This document shows positions 40,026 through 54,270 of a stretch of 64,000 nucleotides of DNA, in pieces. The stretch is taken from assembly GCF_009914755.1 (NCBI RefSeq), contig NC_060946.1; one strand, given 5' to 3'. The notes under the pieces were generated by a model. The model was not told the DNA's origin. It did no database searches and saw only the letters and a program-made list of their open reading frames with translations. Made by a program: the position numbers and the translations under genes. Within the stretch, counting starts at the first letter, position 1. Each line of letters starts with the position of its first letter. The stretch is from the human T2T-CHM13v2.0 reference genome, Homo sapiens.

Positions 40026-43000
40026 CTGCGGGGACAGACAGGTGCAGAAGGTGAGACCCCAGGCCCTGGGCCAGGTGGGCTCAGGGGACAGGGTGCCGGG
40101 CCTCGATCCACCTGCTGTTGGCTGGTTGTGTGACCCTGGGCTCATCGCTCGCCCCCTCTGTGCCTCTGACTCACCAAAGCGGGGCTGATGGGAGCCATCT
40201 CTCAGGGCTATGGTAGGGGCAGCACCTGGTATACAGCAGGCCCCAGGTCACCCTGTGAGTGCCTGGTACACAGCAGGCCCCAGTGCACCCTGCGACTGCC
40301 CTCCAGCATGCAGTGCTGCCGACAGCTTCTCTCCCTGTTCCCAAGACTGGGCAGGAGAGGCCCAGTTTCTCCAGCCCTGAGAGTGACTGGTGGGGACCTG
40401 TGGAGGGGGATGGGTGTCCATGCCTCTGCTCCTCCCCTCTGCCAGCCTCCCAGGAGCCCCTCCTCATGAACGGGCATTTGCACTGACCCCCGTGGGGACC
40501 AGGCATGCATGGCTGATGGAACCTGGGGCCACGGGGAGCATGGGGGGCCTCGTCCCCACCCCCAGCCAGGAACCCAGGCAGAAGTCACACAGCTCAGAAG
40601 CTCTTTGTTGCCATCTCCCTCTTGGTCCACCCACCTTCAGTCCGTCTCCAGATCCTCGGCCCATTTTCCTCACTTCCTCCTAATACCCCTGCCTGACCCA
40701 GGGGCCCCAGAACTGCCTGGACTTGGGCAGCAGTCCTCCCTGCTGCTTCATCTCCCCAGCCACCAGCTGGTTCCCTCCAAGGGCAGTCTGGCCAGGTCCC
40801 TCGCTGGCACCTTCACTGCTCCCCTCTGCCGGTAGAGCCAAGCCCACGGCTGAGCTGGGAGGGGAGGGTCCCAGGTCAATGCCTACTGGCTGCCTCAGCC
40901 CTCTCTCCCCATCCTCTGCCCAGAACAGTGACTCAGTCCTTCCAGGCGCTGCTCACATCCCCTGGGGATTATGTGGTCTTTTTGGTGGCATTCCCTCCCA
41001 CTTCATACCCAAATCCCAAGGACCTTCCAAGGCCCGGGTCTGAGGCCTCCCTGTCCAGGCAGCCTTCCCAGACCCCCCCCCCGCCAGAAGGGAGCACTTG
41101 GTACCTGACCCTTCAGTTCCTGATTTGACCCAGATCCGGACACCCTCTCCCTGGTGAGCCCTACCAGCGGGGACTTCCATATGGGTCCGAAGACCCGAGA
41201 TGGGCAGGTTCAGCTCTCATTTCCTCTTTGTTTCCCCCATCTCCAGGCCAGGCCCTGTGCATCGTTCCATCCTGGCTCTGGACTCTTGGGTCCCTCTCAA
41301 CCTGCCCCTGGCTGAGTCCATGTCATTTCTATGTCCCCAGCACCTGGTCCATGTGGACACCGAGCAGGCTCAACCATGCCAGCTGGAGGACCAAGAGCCA
41401 AACTCCAGTGAGTGGGAACCTCCCTGCCCATCTCAGCAACAGGAAGAACAGGGACAGTGCTCAGCCCAGGAGAGGGCAGCTGGAGACTCACACTGCTGGC
41501 ATGGTGCAGTCCCCTGCCCAGCACCCGCGAGCACCTGCACAGCCCTCAGTTGCCCACTGCTGTGCCTGTTATTGGGGCTGAGGTGACAGCCCGCAGATAG
41601 AGAGGCAAGTCAGGTCTGTTCTATGAACAACCACTGAGCACCAACGGCATGCCCAGCTTTGTGCTAGGGGCTGTGTGCATGCTCTGGGGCCACTTCCTTG
41701 CCCGCAGCCTGCTGGGGGCTCAGCCAGGTGGGGGTCCCTCTTCCCCTAGGGTATCTTCCATCAGGGTGAGGACTGGGATGGGGCCCACCAGCCTTAGGAG
41801 AAGACCTTGGTAGGCTGTCTGTCTGCCGTCATGGAGGGAGCCACAGCTTCCCGGGAACTTCCTTCCTGAGAAGAACTAAGGGGAGGATGGTGTCCAGCAT
41901 CCCTCCCTCCCCAGCAAGGTCCGAGATTGCAATGATCAGCCTCCTCTGAGCTGCAGGCAGCACAGCCCCTGCCTTTGAAGGGCCTCATCCTGCCAGCCTC
42001 TCCTCTTCTGGCCACTGCCTACCCACGCTGCCCGCTCCCTGCCTGGGCCAGGGCCAGGAGGATATAGGAACCCACTTCCCCGAGTCTAAATTAGGTCAAG
42101 ATGATGCGAAGGGAAGCCCATGCATGAGGTGTGAAGTGGGGTATTAAACGCCCCGTTCTGTCTGCATTCCCCAAGCACAACAGGGCCCACTGGCAAGAAA
42201 GCCTCAGAAATCTCATGGGGGTAGGGGGAGGGGGCAATAAACCAAGAGGGGGATCCCAGTAAAGGGTGGAGAAGGGCCACAGAGGGATCATGGCACCTCA
42301 AAGGATTCACTGACCTACCTCCGTGGAGTGGAGTCAAGGAAGGCTTCCTGGAGGAGGTTACATCTTAAGTGGGTACAATCTTAACAAGGAGCATGGATTC
42401 GCTTGCTGTGTGTGTGTGGTGTATGTGTGGCTGTGACAGGCGTGCACTCCCGGCCTGGGCACACAGAGGCAAAGATGCTGAGCTGTGGAAGGGTTTGGTG
42501 AGGTCAAGAGTGGCCACAGAGGAGGGGGAGAATGTCTCGCAAGCAGGTGGCACTTTCTGTCCAGGTGCCAGGGCCAGCTGCTGGGGAGGGCTGGACGTCA
42601 GGGCACTTGTCTGGCCACACAGGCGTGGATTCCGGAACATTCAGAGGCCGGTCGGCACCAGCAACAGCGTAGCCCACCCTCAGGGCTCTCCACATGCGCC
42701 GGGCGCACACCCAGCCCTCACATGCGCTCCCATTTCACCTGGACGTTAGGATGAGGCGCGTCCAACCATGATTCCCGGTTTACAGAGGAGGAAGCAGAGG
42801 CACAGAGAGTGGCTGGAGCAAGATTCAAACCCAGGGAATGAATTCAAAGACCAGGAAGGCTGACGGAGGAGCAAAGTGCCTGGGGTCGGGGGCCCTGGAA
42901 GGTCCTTCTGCCCCCAGCTTGGCCTCTCTGAGGCTAAGGTGACCTGGGGCAGGAGGAGAGGGGGGATGTGGGCTATGCAGCCCCCAGGGAAGATGCTGCC

Positions 43001-46000
43001 TGTGGACAGTCTGTGGACCTGGGGGAAAGGCGCAGCTGTAGGCAGGCTCTGGGTAGGAGCTCTAGGGAGGCTGAGCTGGCTCTGGAGTGGGCATGTGTCA
43101 CCCGATGGAGGGGGTCTAGGAACCCCAAATGATTGTGCGGGCCCAGCCGGTGGACCTTGAGGACAGATGTGGATGTCCCCTCAGAGGTCCTGGAACAACA
43201 GCCTGTGACCCTCCTCTTCCTGCCCCATAGGAAGGCTGCAGAGCGGGTCAGGGGATGCCACTGTCCTGAAGTCCCTGAGCAGGCTGGCAGATCCACGGCT
43301 GGGTTTGCACCCTTGGAGGACACTTCCCACAAGCCTCCCTTCCAGCCTCCCGCAAGCGCCTGCTCTCACCTGGCTATGCCTGCCCCAGGCTCAGACTCAG
43401 TTACTCACCGGTTACTCATCGCCTGCCGCTCCTGCTAATTCCTTTTTTATTTGCTTTTAATGAGCCAAACCCTCTGGTCTCTCGTCATGGAGACAAGGGG
43501 GAGGTGAGCTGCAGAGAGTCATAGTTTTGGCACAATCAGTAAGAACGACCTTAGGTCCGGCGAGAGTCGCTGCCGTGGACTGCGGGCTCCCGTGCGCCCG
43601 GCACGTTGCCTGTGTTGTCTGGTTTAATTCTCACAACAGCCCACGGGGGAGGGCCCGTTACCCCATGTTACAGACCTAGACGCCCACTCCGAGGGCTTTG
43701 TCATGGTGTGCCTAGGTGTGTAGTGGGAAGGGCAGAAGGGCTGCAGGCTTCCCCCGTGTCCCTCCCCAAGTCCCTCCTGGGGCCGTGACTGGGCACCTTG
43801 CCAGTCCGCCCACACGCCATCCTTCCTCCAGGCTGACAGCGAGCCAGTGCTTAGACTTAGAAGCCGGTCCTCTGCAGTGGGTGCAGACAGCCTGGACCCA
43901 TGTGCCTTGCTCAGCAGCTGTCAGTGGCCCCCAAGGCCTCTGAGACGACTTCCAGTGCCTTGGCCTGGCCCCCAAGGCCCCAGAGGCCTGACCCCACCGC
44001 TCCTCGCCCACCACTGCCTGCAGCCCAGCGTGGCCTGCCTGCAGGTTGGGCAGCCACCTCTGGTGCACAGTAACTACTCCTGAATAAAGGACCTGCTGGC
44101 TTCCTGCCGCCTGCCCTGGGGGACAGCAGCCCCCTCCCTTCCTGGAATACCTGCCCACCCTCCCACATATCCACACACTCCTCAGGCTCTGGACGCAGGG
44201 AGGGAGGCTCCCTCCTCCCCGAATGCCCTCTGTAGTGGGCACACCCTCCCCTGGGCTCTCACTGGGTGCCCCTCAGGCTGCAGGCAGGATCCACATCTGA
44301 TTCTTTTCTGTACCTCCCACCCATCGCTGTTTCCCAAATCCCATGCATGAGCAGGTCTGGACTGGGCACCTCCCCCACACCACCTTATCTCCAAGACAGC
44401 CCCATTCTGATCAGACCCATTTCACAGATGGGAAAACCGAGCCTTCAAAGCAGGAAGGGATTTGCAATAGGCCCATGGCAGTGACGAAAGCCATCTGAGC
44501 TCAGCAGCTGCCCTAGATGTGTGTGGTGATGGGGAAGCTGGATGAGGGCAGCACGGATGCTCTGTTTGGGGCCGGCAGCTGTCCTGCTGGTACACTTGGG
44601 TCTCGGGGGGCCTAGGGGCCTCTCTGAAGACCCACAGCCTACCCAAGCACAGGTCTGTACCCCCAGATTCTAGAGCCAGCAGCAGCATCCAGCAGTATCC
44701 CTAGAAAATGCCAGAGCAGACTATATTCTGGCCACCCCTCACCCCACAGCCCTCAAGAGCACTGGGTGGGTTTCTGAGTAATGGTCCTGAAGGTTCCAGC
44801 CCTGCGGCAGGATTCACTGTTTCCAGTGCAGGCTATCTCTGGTGCCTCGGCAAGTTACCAGCCCTCTCTGAGCCTGTGTTCCCATTTGATACATGGAACT
44901 CAAAATCCTCACCTTGCTGCACAGCCCTAGCTGCCAGCTCTGAGAGCAAACAGGATGAATGGGCATGGTACCCACATCACTAAGATGGTGGGCAGTCCAG
45001 GGCCGGCTACGGGTGGACCAGACACAGCAAAGGACTCCAGGACAGACCGAGGTGTCTGTCTGTGCTCCATGCAGACTGGGCTGGAAACAGCCTCTTCCCC
45101 AAGGCCAGCCCCATCGGCCCTGCCCAGCTGTCCCCTCAAATCCAGAGTATCAGAGTCCTCAGAGACATGTGGGTAAATGGAGGCTGCTGGGTCAGAAATT
45201 GCCTGGCCATGCAAGGGCCATCCAGCTCTGCTCCCTTTTCCGTAAGTTATTTGAACTCAAGCCCTCAAAGGACCCCCTGGCTGGGCCCAGGACAGGCTCA
45301 GAGGGAGGAGACGCAGCCCCCTGCCCTGCCTCTGCAGTGCCAGCCAGACCCTGATGTCCAGGGAAGGGGGTGTGTGCTGGGGCAGAGCTGCGCCCTCATC
45401 CACAGTCATCTCACTCTGACCATGAGGAGGATGGTGGGGACCCTGGCAGATCTTTGTGAGCAGCTTCTAGAAAGAGCAGATGTGTGTCCTGAACAAAGCC
45501 AGGGCTTGGGCAGGATGAGGCTTCCCCCTCTTCTCCTCAGGGCAAAGCTGGGGGCTGAGTCCACCCTCCCAGCCGCAGCTGCCACTCCTCGCCATCCACT
45601 CAAGCTCCCTGCCACTTCCTAGCGTCCACAGGGGCCGGTGCACTTTTGTTAGAAAGCCATGGTTGAGCTCCTAATGACCTGATTAACTGCACGGAGGAGG
45701 AGGTGGGAGAGGTACTTGGTGCCCTCCTAGGAGGAGAGCCAGGAGTCTGCAGCCTCAGTGCTGGGAAGGCCCTTGGGGACCATCCAGTGCGGCTCCTCCA
45801 TCCCCAGCAAGGAGCCTGAGGCCCAGAGGTGGGCAGCATGCTCCCCAAGGTCACACAGCAGCTCAGGAAATGGGGGATCCAGGACATGAGGTTCTCAAGT
45901 GACTGAGGTGAGGGCAAAGGTCTGGGGGCCACACATGCTCCTGGAGCCTTCTGGAAGCAAGGGGGAGGCTCAGAGTCTGACACCCTGCCTTCAAGTCCAG

Positions 46001-46383
46001 ACCCTGAAATTGGCCAGCTGAGTGACCTCAGACTGGTGAAGGGGCCTTTCTGTGTCCCTGTCTCCCTACCTGCAAAATGAGAGAATTGCTCCAATCTGGC
46101 CAGAAGGGCACACACAGTCCTGGGGGCAGGCTGACCTGAGCTTCATGCCTGTAGGTGTGACACACGACACATTTGGGATCTTCGTGGGCAGACACACATT
46201 TGGGCATCCCTGGGCAGCAGGTGTGCACCTCTGCACGTGTCCCTGGGCGTACACCTGGGCTGACCCTTGGAGGCAGTGCCCGCCAGCTGCCATGTGAACC
46301 TGTGCTCACGGGTCTGTGCTTCCGGCCCACACAGTTCAATTCTCCTCCCGTACTTGCCCCTCTTTTTAAAAAATGACATTTTT

Positions 46384-46693
<310 letters not shown>

Positions 46694-47013
46694 TCAATAA
46701 TAAAATGGTTAACAACTCAATTAGAAAGGACAAAGACTAACGGGTGAAGGGATAAAGAAAAGGTGGTATAGATACACAATGGAGTATTACTCAGCCATGA
46801 AAAAGAATGAAACCCTGTCATCCCTGCAGTGGCACGCAGGTCATCATGTGAAGTAAAAGAAGCCAGGCACAGAGAGACAAATATCACATGTTCTCACTCA
46901 CATGGAGGAGCGAAAAAAGTTGAAGTTATTGAGGTAGAGAGTGGAATGACAGACACCAGCGCCTGGGGAGGGTGTTGGAGGATAAAGAAAGGTGGGTTAA
47001 GAGGTACAAAGAC

Positions 47014-47307
47014 GGCTGGGTGCTGTGGCTCACACCTGTAATCTCAGCACTTCGGGAGGTCGAGGCGGGTGGATCACCTGAGGTCAGGAGTTCAAGACCA
47101 GCCTGACCAACATGGTGAAATCCCGTCTCTACTACAAATACAAAAATTAGCCAGGCGTGGTGGTGTGCGCCTGTAATACCAGCTACTTGGGAGGCTGAGG
47201 CAGGAGAATCGCTTGAACCTGGGAGAGGGGAGGTTGCAGTGAACCCAGATCTCACCACTGCTCTCCGGCCTGGGCAACAAAGCAAGAATCTGTCTTGAAA
47301 AAAAAAA
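47014..47307 (+). mobile_element. AluS
   Basis: Full Alu with TSD GAGGTACAAA. Confidence 0.93.
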
Positions 47308-47803
47308 GAGAGGTACAAATACACACAGGTGGAAGGAGTGAGGTGTAGTGTCTGACAGCATGCTGGGGTGACTACAGTTAAGAACAACATGTTGTGTATT
47401 TCAGAACAGCCAGAAGAGAGAACTGGAAATGTTCCCAACACATAGAAATGATAAATATTCTAAAGGAAGGAAATCTTAAATACCCTGACTTGATTGTTAC
47501 ACATTGTACACATGTATCAACATATCACATGGACCCCATAAATATGTGTAATATTACGTATTAATTTTCAATCAAAAAATAAAAGCTAAAAAATAGTAGG
47601 CCAAGGACCTGAACAGACATTTGTCCAAAGAAGGTATAAAAACATCCAATAAGCAGACAAAAGATTCTCAGCATCATTAGCTGTCAAGGAAATGCAAATC
47701 CAACCCACAGTGAGATGCCACTTCACACGCACTAGGAATAAAAGGCAAAAAAGACTGACAATACCAAGTGTTGGTGAGGATGTGGAGAAATGGGGACCCC
47801 TGT

Positions 47804-47866
47804 ATGCTGGTGGCAGTGTGAGATGCTGGTGGCAGTGTGAGATGCTCGTGGCAGTGTGAGATGCTG
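47804..47866. repeat. 19-bp tandem triplication inside L1 (ATGCTGGTGGCAGTGTGAG)
   Basis: Units at 47804, 47823 and 47842. Confidence 0.9.
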
Positions 47867-48106
47867 CAGCCACTGTGGCAAAGTTGGGCAGCTCCTCAAA
47901 AACTTAAACGTAGGGTCACCATGTGACCCAGCACTGCCACTCCTATGCATACACTTCAGAGAAATGAAACAGGCGCCCACTTATATATTGTGCAGAAGTA
48001 TTCATAGCATCCTTATTTGTAACAGCCCAAGGTAGAAACAACCCAGATGTCCATCAATGGACGAAAGGATAAAGAAAATGTGTTCTATCCATACGGCAGA
48101 ATATTA

Positions 48107-48500
<394 letters not shown>

Positions 48501-49429
48501 CCCCAAAACATCATGCCAAGTGAAAGAAGCTAGACACCAAAGGCCACATATAGTGTGATTCCATTTCTATGAAATGCCCAGAGGAGCAGGAGTTGGAGAG
48601 TTAGACAGCACCTGAGTGTTGCCAGGGGCGAGAGGACTGGGACTGATTAAGCCACAGGGTTTCTTTCTGGGGTGATGAAAATGTTCTAAAATCAACTGCA
48701 GTGACAGCTACACAACTCTGGATATACTAAAGACCGTGGGCTTGTACACATTAAATGGATGAATTGTGAAGTATGTGGATTAGATCTCACTGAAGCTGTG
48801 ATGGACACATAGGGCCAATGGATGGCTTTCAGAGGGTTTCATACCCGTGTCCTACTCAATTTAAACCCTCTCTGAGGCCCCATGGGTATGAACTAAGACC
48901 CCCCACTTCACAATTAGGACACTGGGCTCAGGAGAGGCAGGCGACTGGCCCAAGGTGACACAGCAGGTGAGACACCGAGACGGGATCTGACCAGGACCCC
49001 AGAGTTTGTGCTCAGCCCACTCCACACCCACCGGGACAGGGAAAGCTGCAAAGTCTGCCTTGTGCCTCACTGACCTGGGCGCCACGCTTGCCTGTGCCAG
49101 CCTCTTGACACTCTACACACGCGCGACACTGCCTGTAACACTCACGTTATTGCCACCTGTGTGTCCCTGGCACCAAGTACAGCCTCCCTCCTGGCTGGAC
49201 CTCCCAGAATCCCAGGGGTGAGGCTCTCAGCCTCCCATCCATCAAGTAGTTGCCCAAGGTCAAGTGCAAGGCCGAGCACACAGCAGGGCAGAACCAACAC
49301 ACTGAACCCGGGGAGCAGACAGGCTGGGAGCGGCTCACAGACAGTGCCGCCAGAGGCCAGGGGTCAGAGCCACAGAGGAGCCAGCAGGGTAGGGTGGCTG
49401 GAGGGACTGGGGTGCAGGGTGGCCAATGA

Positions 49430-49700
49430 GTGCTCCTCTCAGGAAGGGATGCTGAAGGTGGGTCCCAAAGGATGGGAGAGGTGAGGAACACAGGTTCAGG
49501 GAACAGTGCTCCAGGCAGAGGGAACAGCAATGCAAAGACCCTGAGGTGAGAATGAGCTGAGCATGAGTGGTTTGTCCCAGCAGAGATCAGTGATGATGAA
49601 GTCGGGGACGGCCCTTGGGGGCTGTACCATGTTGCCCTCAGAGAAGACCTTGGACTTTGTTCTGAAAAGATGGAAGCCCCTGGAAGGTGTCACTTTGACT
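49430..49700 (-). mobile_element. L2 fragment (similar remnants at ~15850, ~33120 and ~42330)
   Basis: tccaggcagagggaacagcaatgcaaagaccctgagg motif typical of antisense L2. Confidence 0.65.
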
Positions 49701-49884
49701 TACATTGAAAGGGACCCTCCACCCCACCCACCGGGAGGCCTGTGCAAGGGTTTGGGTAAGAAATGCTGATGACCCGCCAGGTAGAGGAGGTGAAAAGCTG
49801 CCAGGTCTCAGAGTCTCAGCGTAGAGCTAACGGGATTAGCAAGTGGATCGGGTGAGGGGGTTTAGGGAGGAAAGAGTGCAGAAG

Positions 49885-50301
<417 letters not shown>

Positions 50302-51512
50302 TTAAGGTGCCCAGGGATGGCAGGAGAGAGGCGAGGGGCAGGTGGGAACTCAAGCCTGGCCCCGCGAAGATGTCCCAGCATTGCCCAGCCCCCACCTCCC
50401 GGGGCCAACTCCCCATGGAACTGGGGCTTGTGCTCCGTGACCCTGGCCAAGGCCGTCACTCCTCGAGCCTCAGCTTCCCATTACCATGGGATGAGGCCTG
50501 GTGTCCTGGGTTCTTTAAAATCCCTTTAGCAGGGGAGCTTTTGTGAGATAGACTTCCCTGAAGAATAGGTCAGGGGAGGACTGCTGGGGCTGAGGTAGGG
50601 TAGGGATGCAGGGTGGGGTGGGGTCCCTGAGGCCTGGCTGGGGAGGGGTCCCTGGGACACGGCTGGCTGGGGAGCTCCTTGGTTTTCTGAGCCCCCATCT
50701 GCCCCCTACCCCACCTGATTCCCAGGCTCTTCACAGCCTAGAGCTGGATGGGGAGTACTGTCCCCGCCTCCCCAGTTTACTGGTGTAGAGATTGAGACCA
50801 AGGGAGGTGAGGAGACACCCCCGGGCCACATCCGCAGCTCCTGGTGTTACCCGGCCCAGCTGGTGTGGCACCCGTGTCCAGGCTGGGGGTCTCGGTCTAG
50901 ACAGGACTCAAAGTGGCTGTTGGGCACAGAAGCTGGAAGAGAAGCTCAGGGCCCAGGTGGGGCCCCACAATGGCCCCCTGTGGCTGTCCACACCCCAGCC
51001 TGCCCTTTGACCCTAGCCAGGGCTCAGTCCCAGGGGGACAACTCACTGCCTGAGCTAGTCTGGGATCTGCATCCCTGACACACACAGAGCTCAGGCTGGG
51101 GACATCGGGGTGGAGGCAGAGACCAAGGCACAGGCAGAGAAGCCTCCAGGCCACGGCTTGGCCCCAATCCCTGCTTGTGCAGTTGAAGGATCAGAAGCCC
51201 AGAGCCCTCGCCTGCCTGGCCCTGCTGCAATCCTGACCTGGACCAGCCGGGGCCAAGGTGCACTCTGGCCAGGGAGGGCTGGACAGGCTGCCTCACACCC
51301 TGCACCTAATTCTGCGGCTTACACGAAGGTGATAGCAGCACGCACCTCATGGGGTCCTACGTGGATGAGTTGAGGCAGTGGAGGGCTCAGGACGGGTAGG
51401 AACATAAAAGTGCTGGATGCGTCTGGGCCGCTTTTATTAATATTACCCGTCTCCAAGCAGGCCTGGACCCTGGGCCTCATGGTCCTGGCCTGGGTGCAGC
51501 CTGAGTGGGTGC

Positions 51513-51778
51513 TGTGTGTGTGTGTGTGTGCGTGTATGCATGTATGTGCGTGTGTGTGCGCGCGTGTGTGCAGTGTGCACGTGTGTGCATGTGTGTAGGC
51601 GTGTATGTGTGCAGTGTGCATGTGTGTGTGCGTGTGTGCAGTGTGCATGTGTGTAGGCGTGTATGTGTGCAGTGTGCATGTGTATGTGTGTGCGCGTGTG
51701 TGCAGCATGCATGTGTGTGCAGTGTGCACATGTGTGCACGTGTGTGCGTGTGTTTGTGTGTGTGCATGTGTGTGTGTG
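51513..51778. repeat. Compound (TG/CG/CA/TA)n purine-pyrimidine microsatellite, ~265 bp
   Basis: Seen directly. Confidence 0.95.
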
Positions 51779-53647
51779 CCAGGTGTACTGCTGTATGTCT
51801 CTCCACACATCTCTGTCCTTCCCCCCCTGTTTCTCCCTCTCCCTCTGGGTCCCTTGGTCCCTCTCTGTCCCTCTGTCTCTCTCCAGCCCCACCCGGACCC
51901 CACCCGGGCTCGGGCTGAGTCAGCGTCTCCACACTAAGCTCTTCCCTGCCGTTGTCATAAACAGATCATTGGAAAAAGTCATGCCAGGTCCAAACACGCC
52001 GGCGCCCGTGCGCCCGAGGCCTTTGTTCCGACCCAGCGGAGGCCCTCACACGCCAAGCGGCAGGCCCCCAGGTGGGGACAGCAGGCTCCGAGTGGGAAGG
52101 ACCTGGCCTTCCGGGAGTTTTCCCCAGCCCTGAGGTGCTCGGGGAGCCCAGGAGGCCCCTCCTGTGTCCAGCCCAGGGTGGCCTGCCCTCGGGAGTGCTC
52201 TGGCAAAGCCAGCAACTGCCTGTGTGAGGTGGCACAGAGACCCCTTCCTCCCCGGGGCTGCCCCAGGGCCTCTCAGCACCTGGATCCTGGCGGGCGGTTC
52301 CCTGAGAGCCTGCGGGCTTCTCTGGCCCTTGGGGGCAACATGGCCTTGGGTAAGCCACATGGTCTCCTTGGGAGCCTCAGTCTCCCCATCTGTGATGTGT
52401 AGACAACAGGACCTGAGGCGGTCATGTGACAGGGCCCAGCCCAGGCGGGGGCTACCGACATGAAAGAAATGACCCTCCTGAAAAGGCGGCAGGAGTTGGG
52501 CTGAGTAATGGCTGAGGGCCGGGCTGCTGTGCCCCTGTGAGGCCGAGGGAGGGGCCCTACCCACCCCGGGGTCTGTGTCCTGCCTCAGTGGCCCAGGGCT
52601 CTGGAGCCTTTGCCCACGGAACCCACGTGGGAAGCTCTGCGGGGACCTCCATGTCCCCATTCTGAGGAGAAACCCCAAATCCTGGCAGAGTCCCAGCCCC
52701 CACCTCGGCCCCTCATGAGGCAGGTGGGGCATCAAGGTCCCCAGGGCACCAGGCTGCACCCAGGGTAACACAGTGGGACCCGGGCAGATAGGGCCTGTGT
52801 CCTTGGCCATAGCCTCTCTGCAGCCAGACTCCATCCCCACTCCACTCTTGTCCGTCTCTCAGGGCTCCGCTGGGGAGGATGGAAAATTCCCAACTTGCAT
52901 GAGTTCCAGGTGGCCTCGGAGGGGCCATGTGGAAGGACTGGGACTGGAGGACCAGCAGCCGCCTAGCCCACAGGGCCTCCATGCCACCCCCAGGAAGGGC
53001 CACAGCCCTGCCACTGCCATAGCCCCTCAGGCTCCGTCCTCCCAGGAGCCTGTGAGCTGCCTTCCCGGGGAGGGGCAGCCCCGGCCTCGTCCCACCCTGA
53101 GCCAGGAGTGGGCTTGGGCAGCTTCGCCGCTAGGAAAGTCTTTCTGACCCTGACCTTCAAGGCCCCAGTTGTCCGTACAGTCCTGGCTGCCTGGCCCCTG
53201 AGCCTCAGAAATGTCTGTTGAGCTGCCTTGGGCTGGGCCCCTGAGATGAGGGTGGAGGTGGGGAGTGACCAGGGTCGTCAGCCTGGGGCCTGCAGACCAC
53301 CAAGGTGTGGCCAGCACGAGACTGGGCCCAGCAGGCATTGCCTCCCGGCCTGGCCCCATTGGCCTGTGCTCACCCATCGTGTCCTGGGTGCAAGCCCTGG
53401 CCTGGCATACAGCAGACACTCAAGGAATGCAGGCTGATGAACAACCAGGCCTGATGAAGGTGGCTGCCCTCCCACCCCCGCGCTGACTGTCCTCCGAAAA
53501 CGGCTGCTCAGTGACCCTCTACCCTCAGACTGCCCCACCCCACACTGGAGGACAGTGTCCTGGGAGTGACAGTCAGATCCAGGTTCAATTGTCCCGTCTG
53601 CCCCTGACCAGATGACTTTGGGCCACCCCCTCCTGTCCCCTATGGGT

Positions 53648-54270
<623 letters not shown>

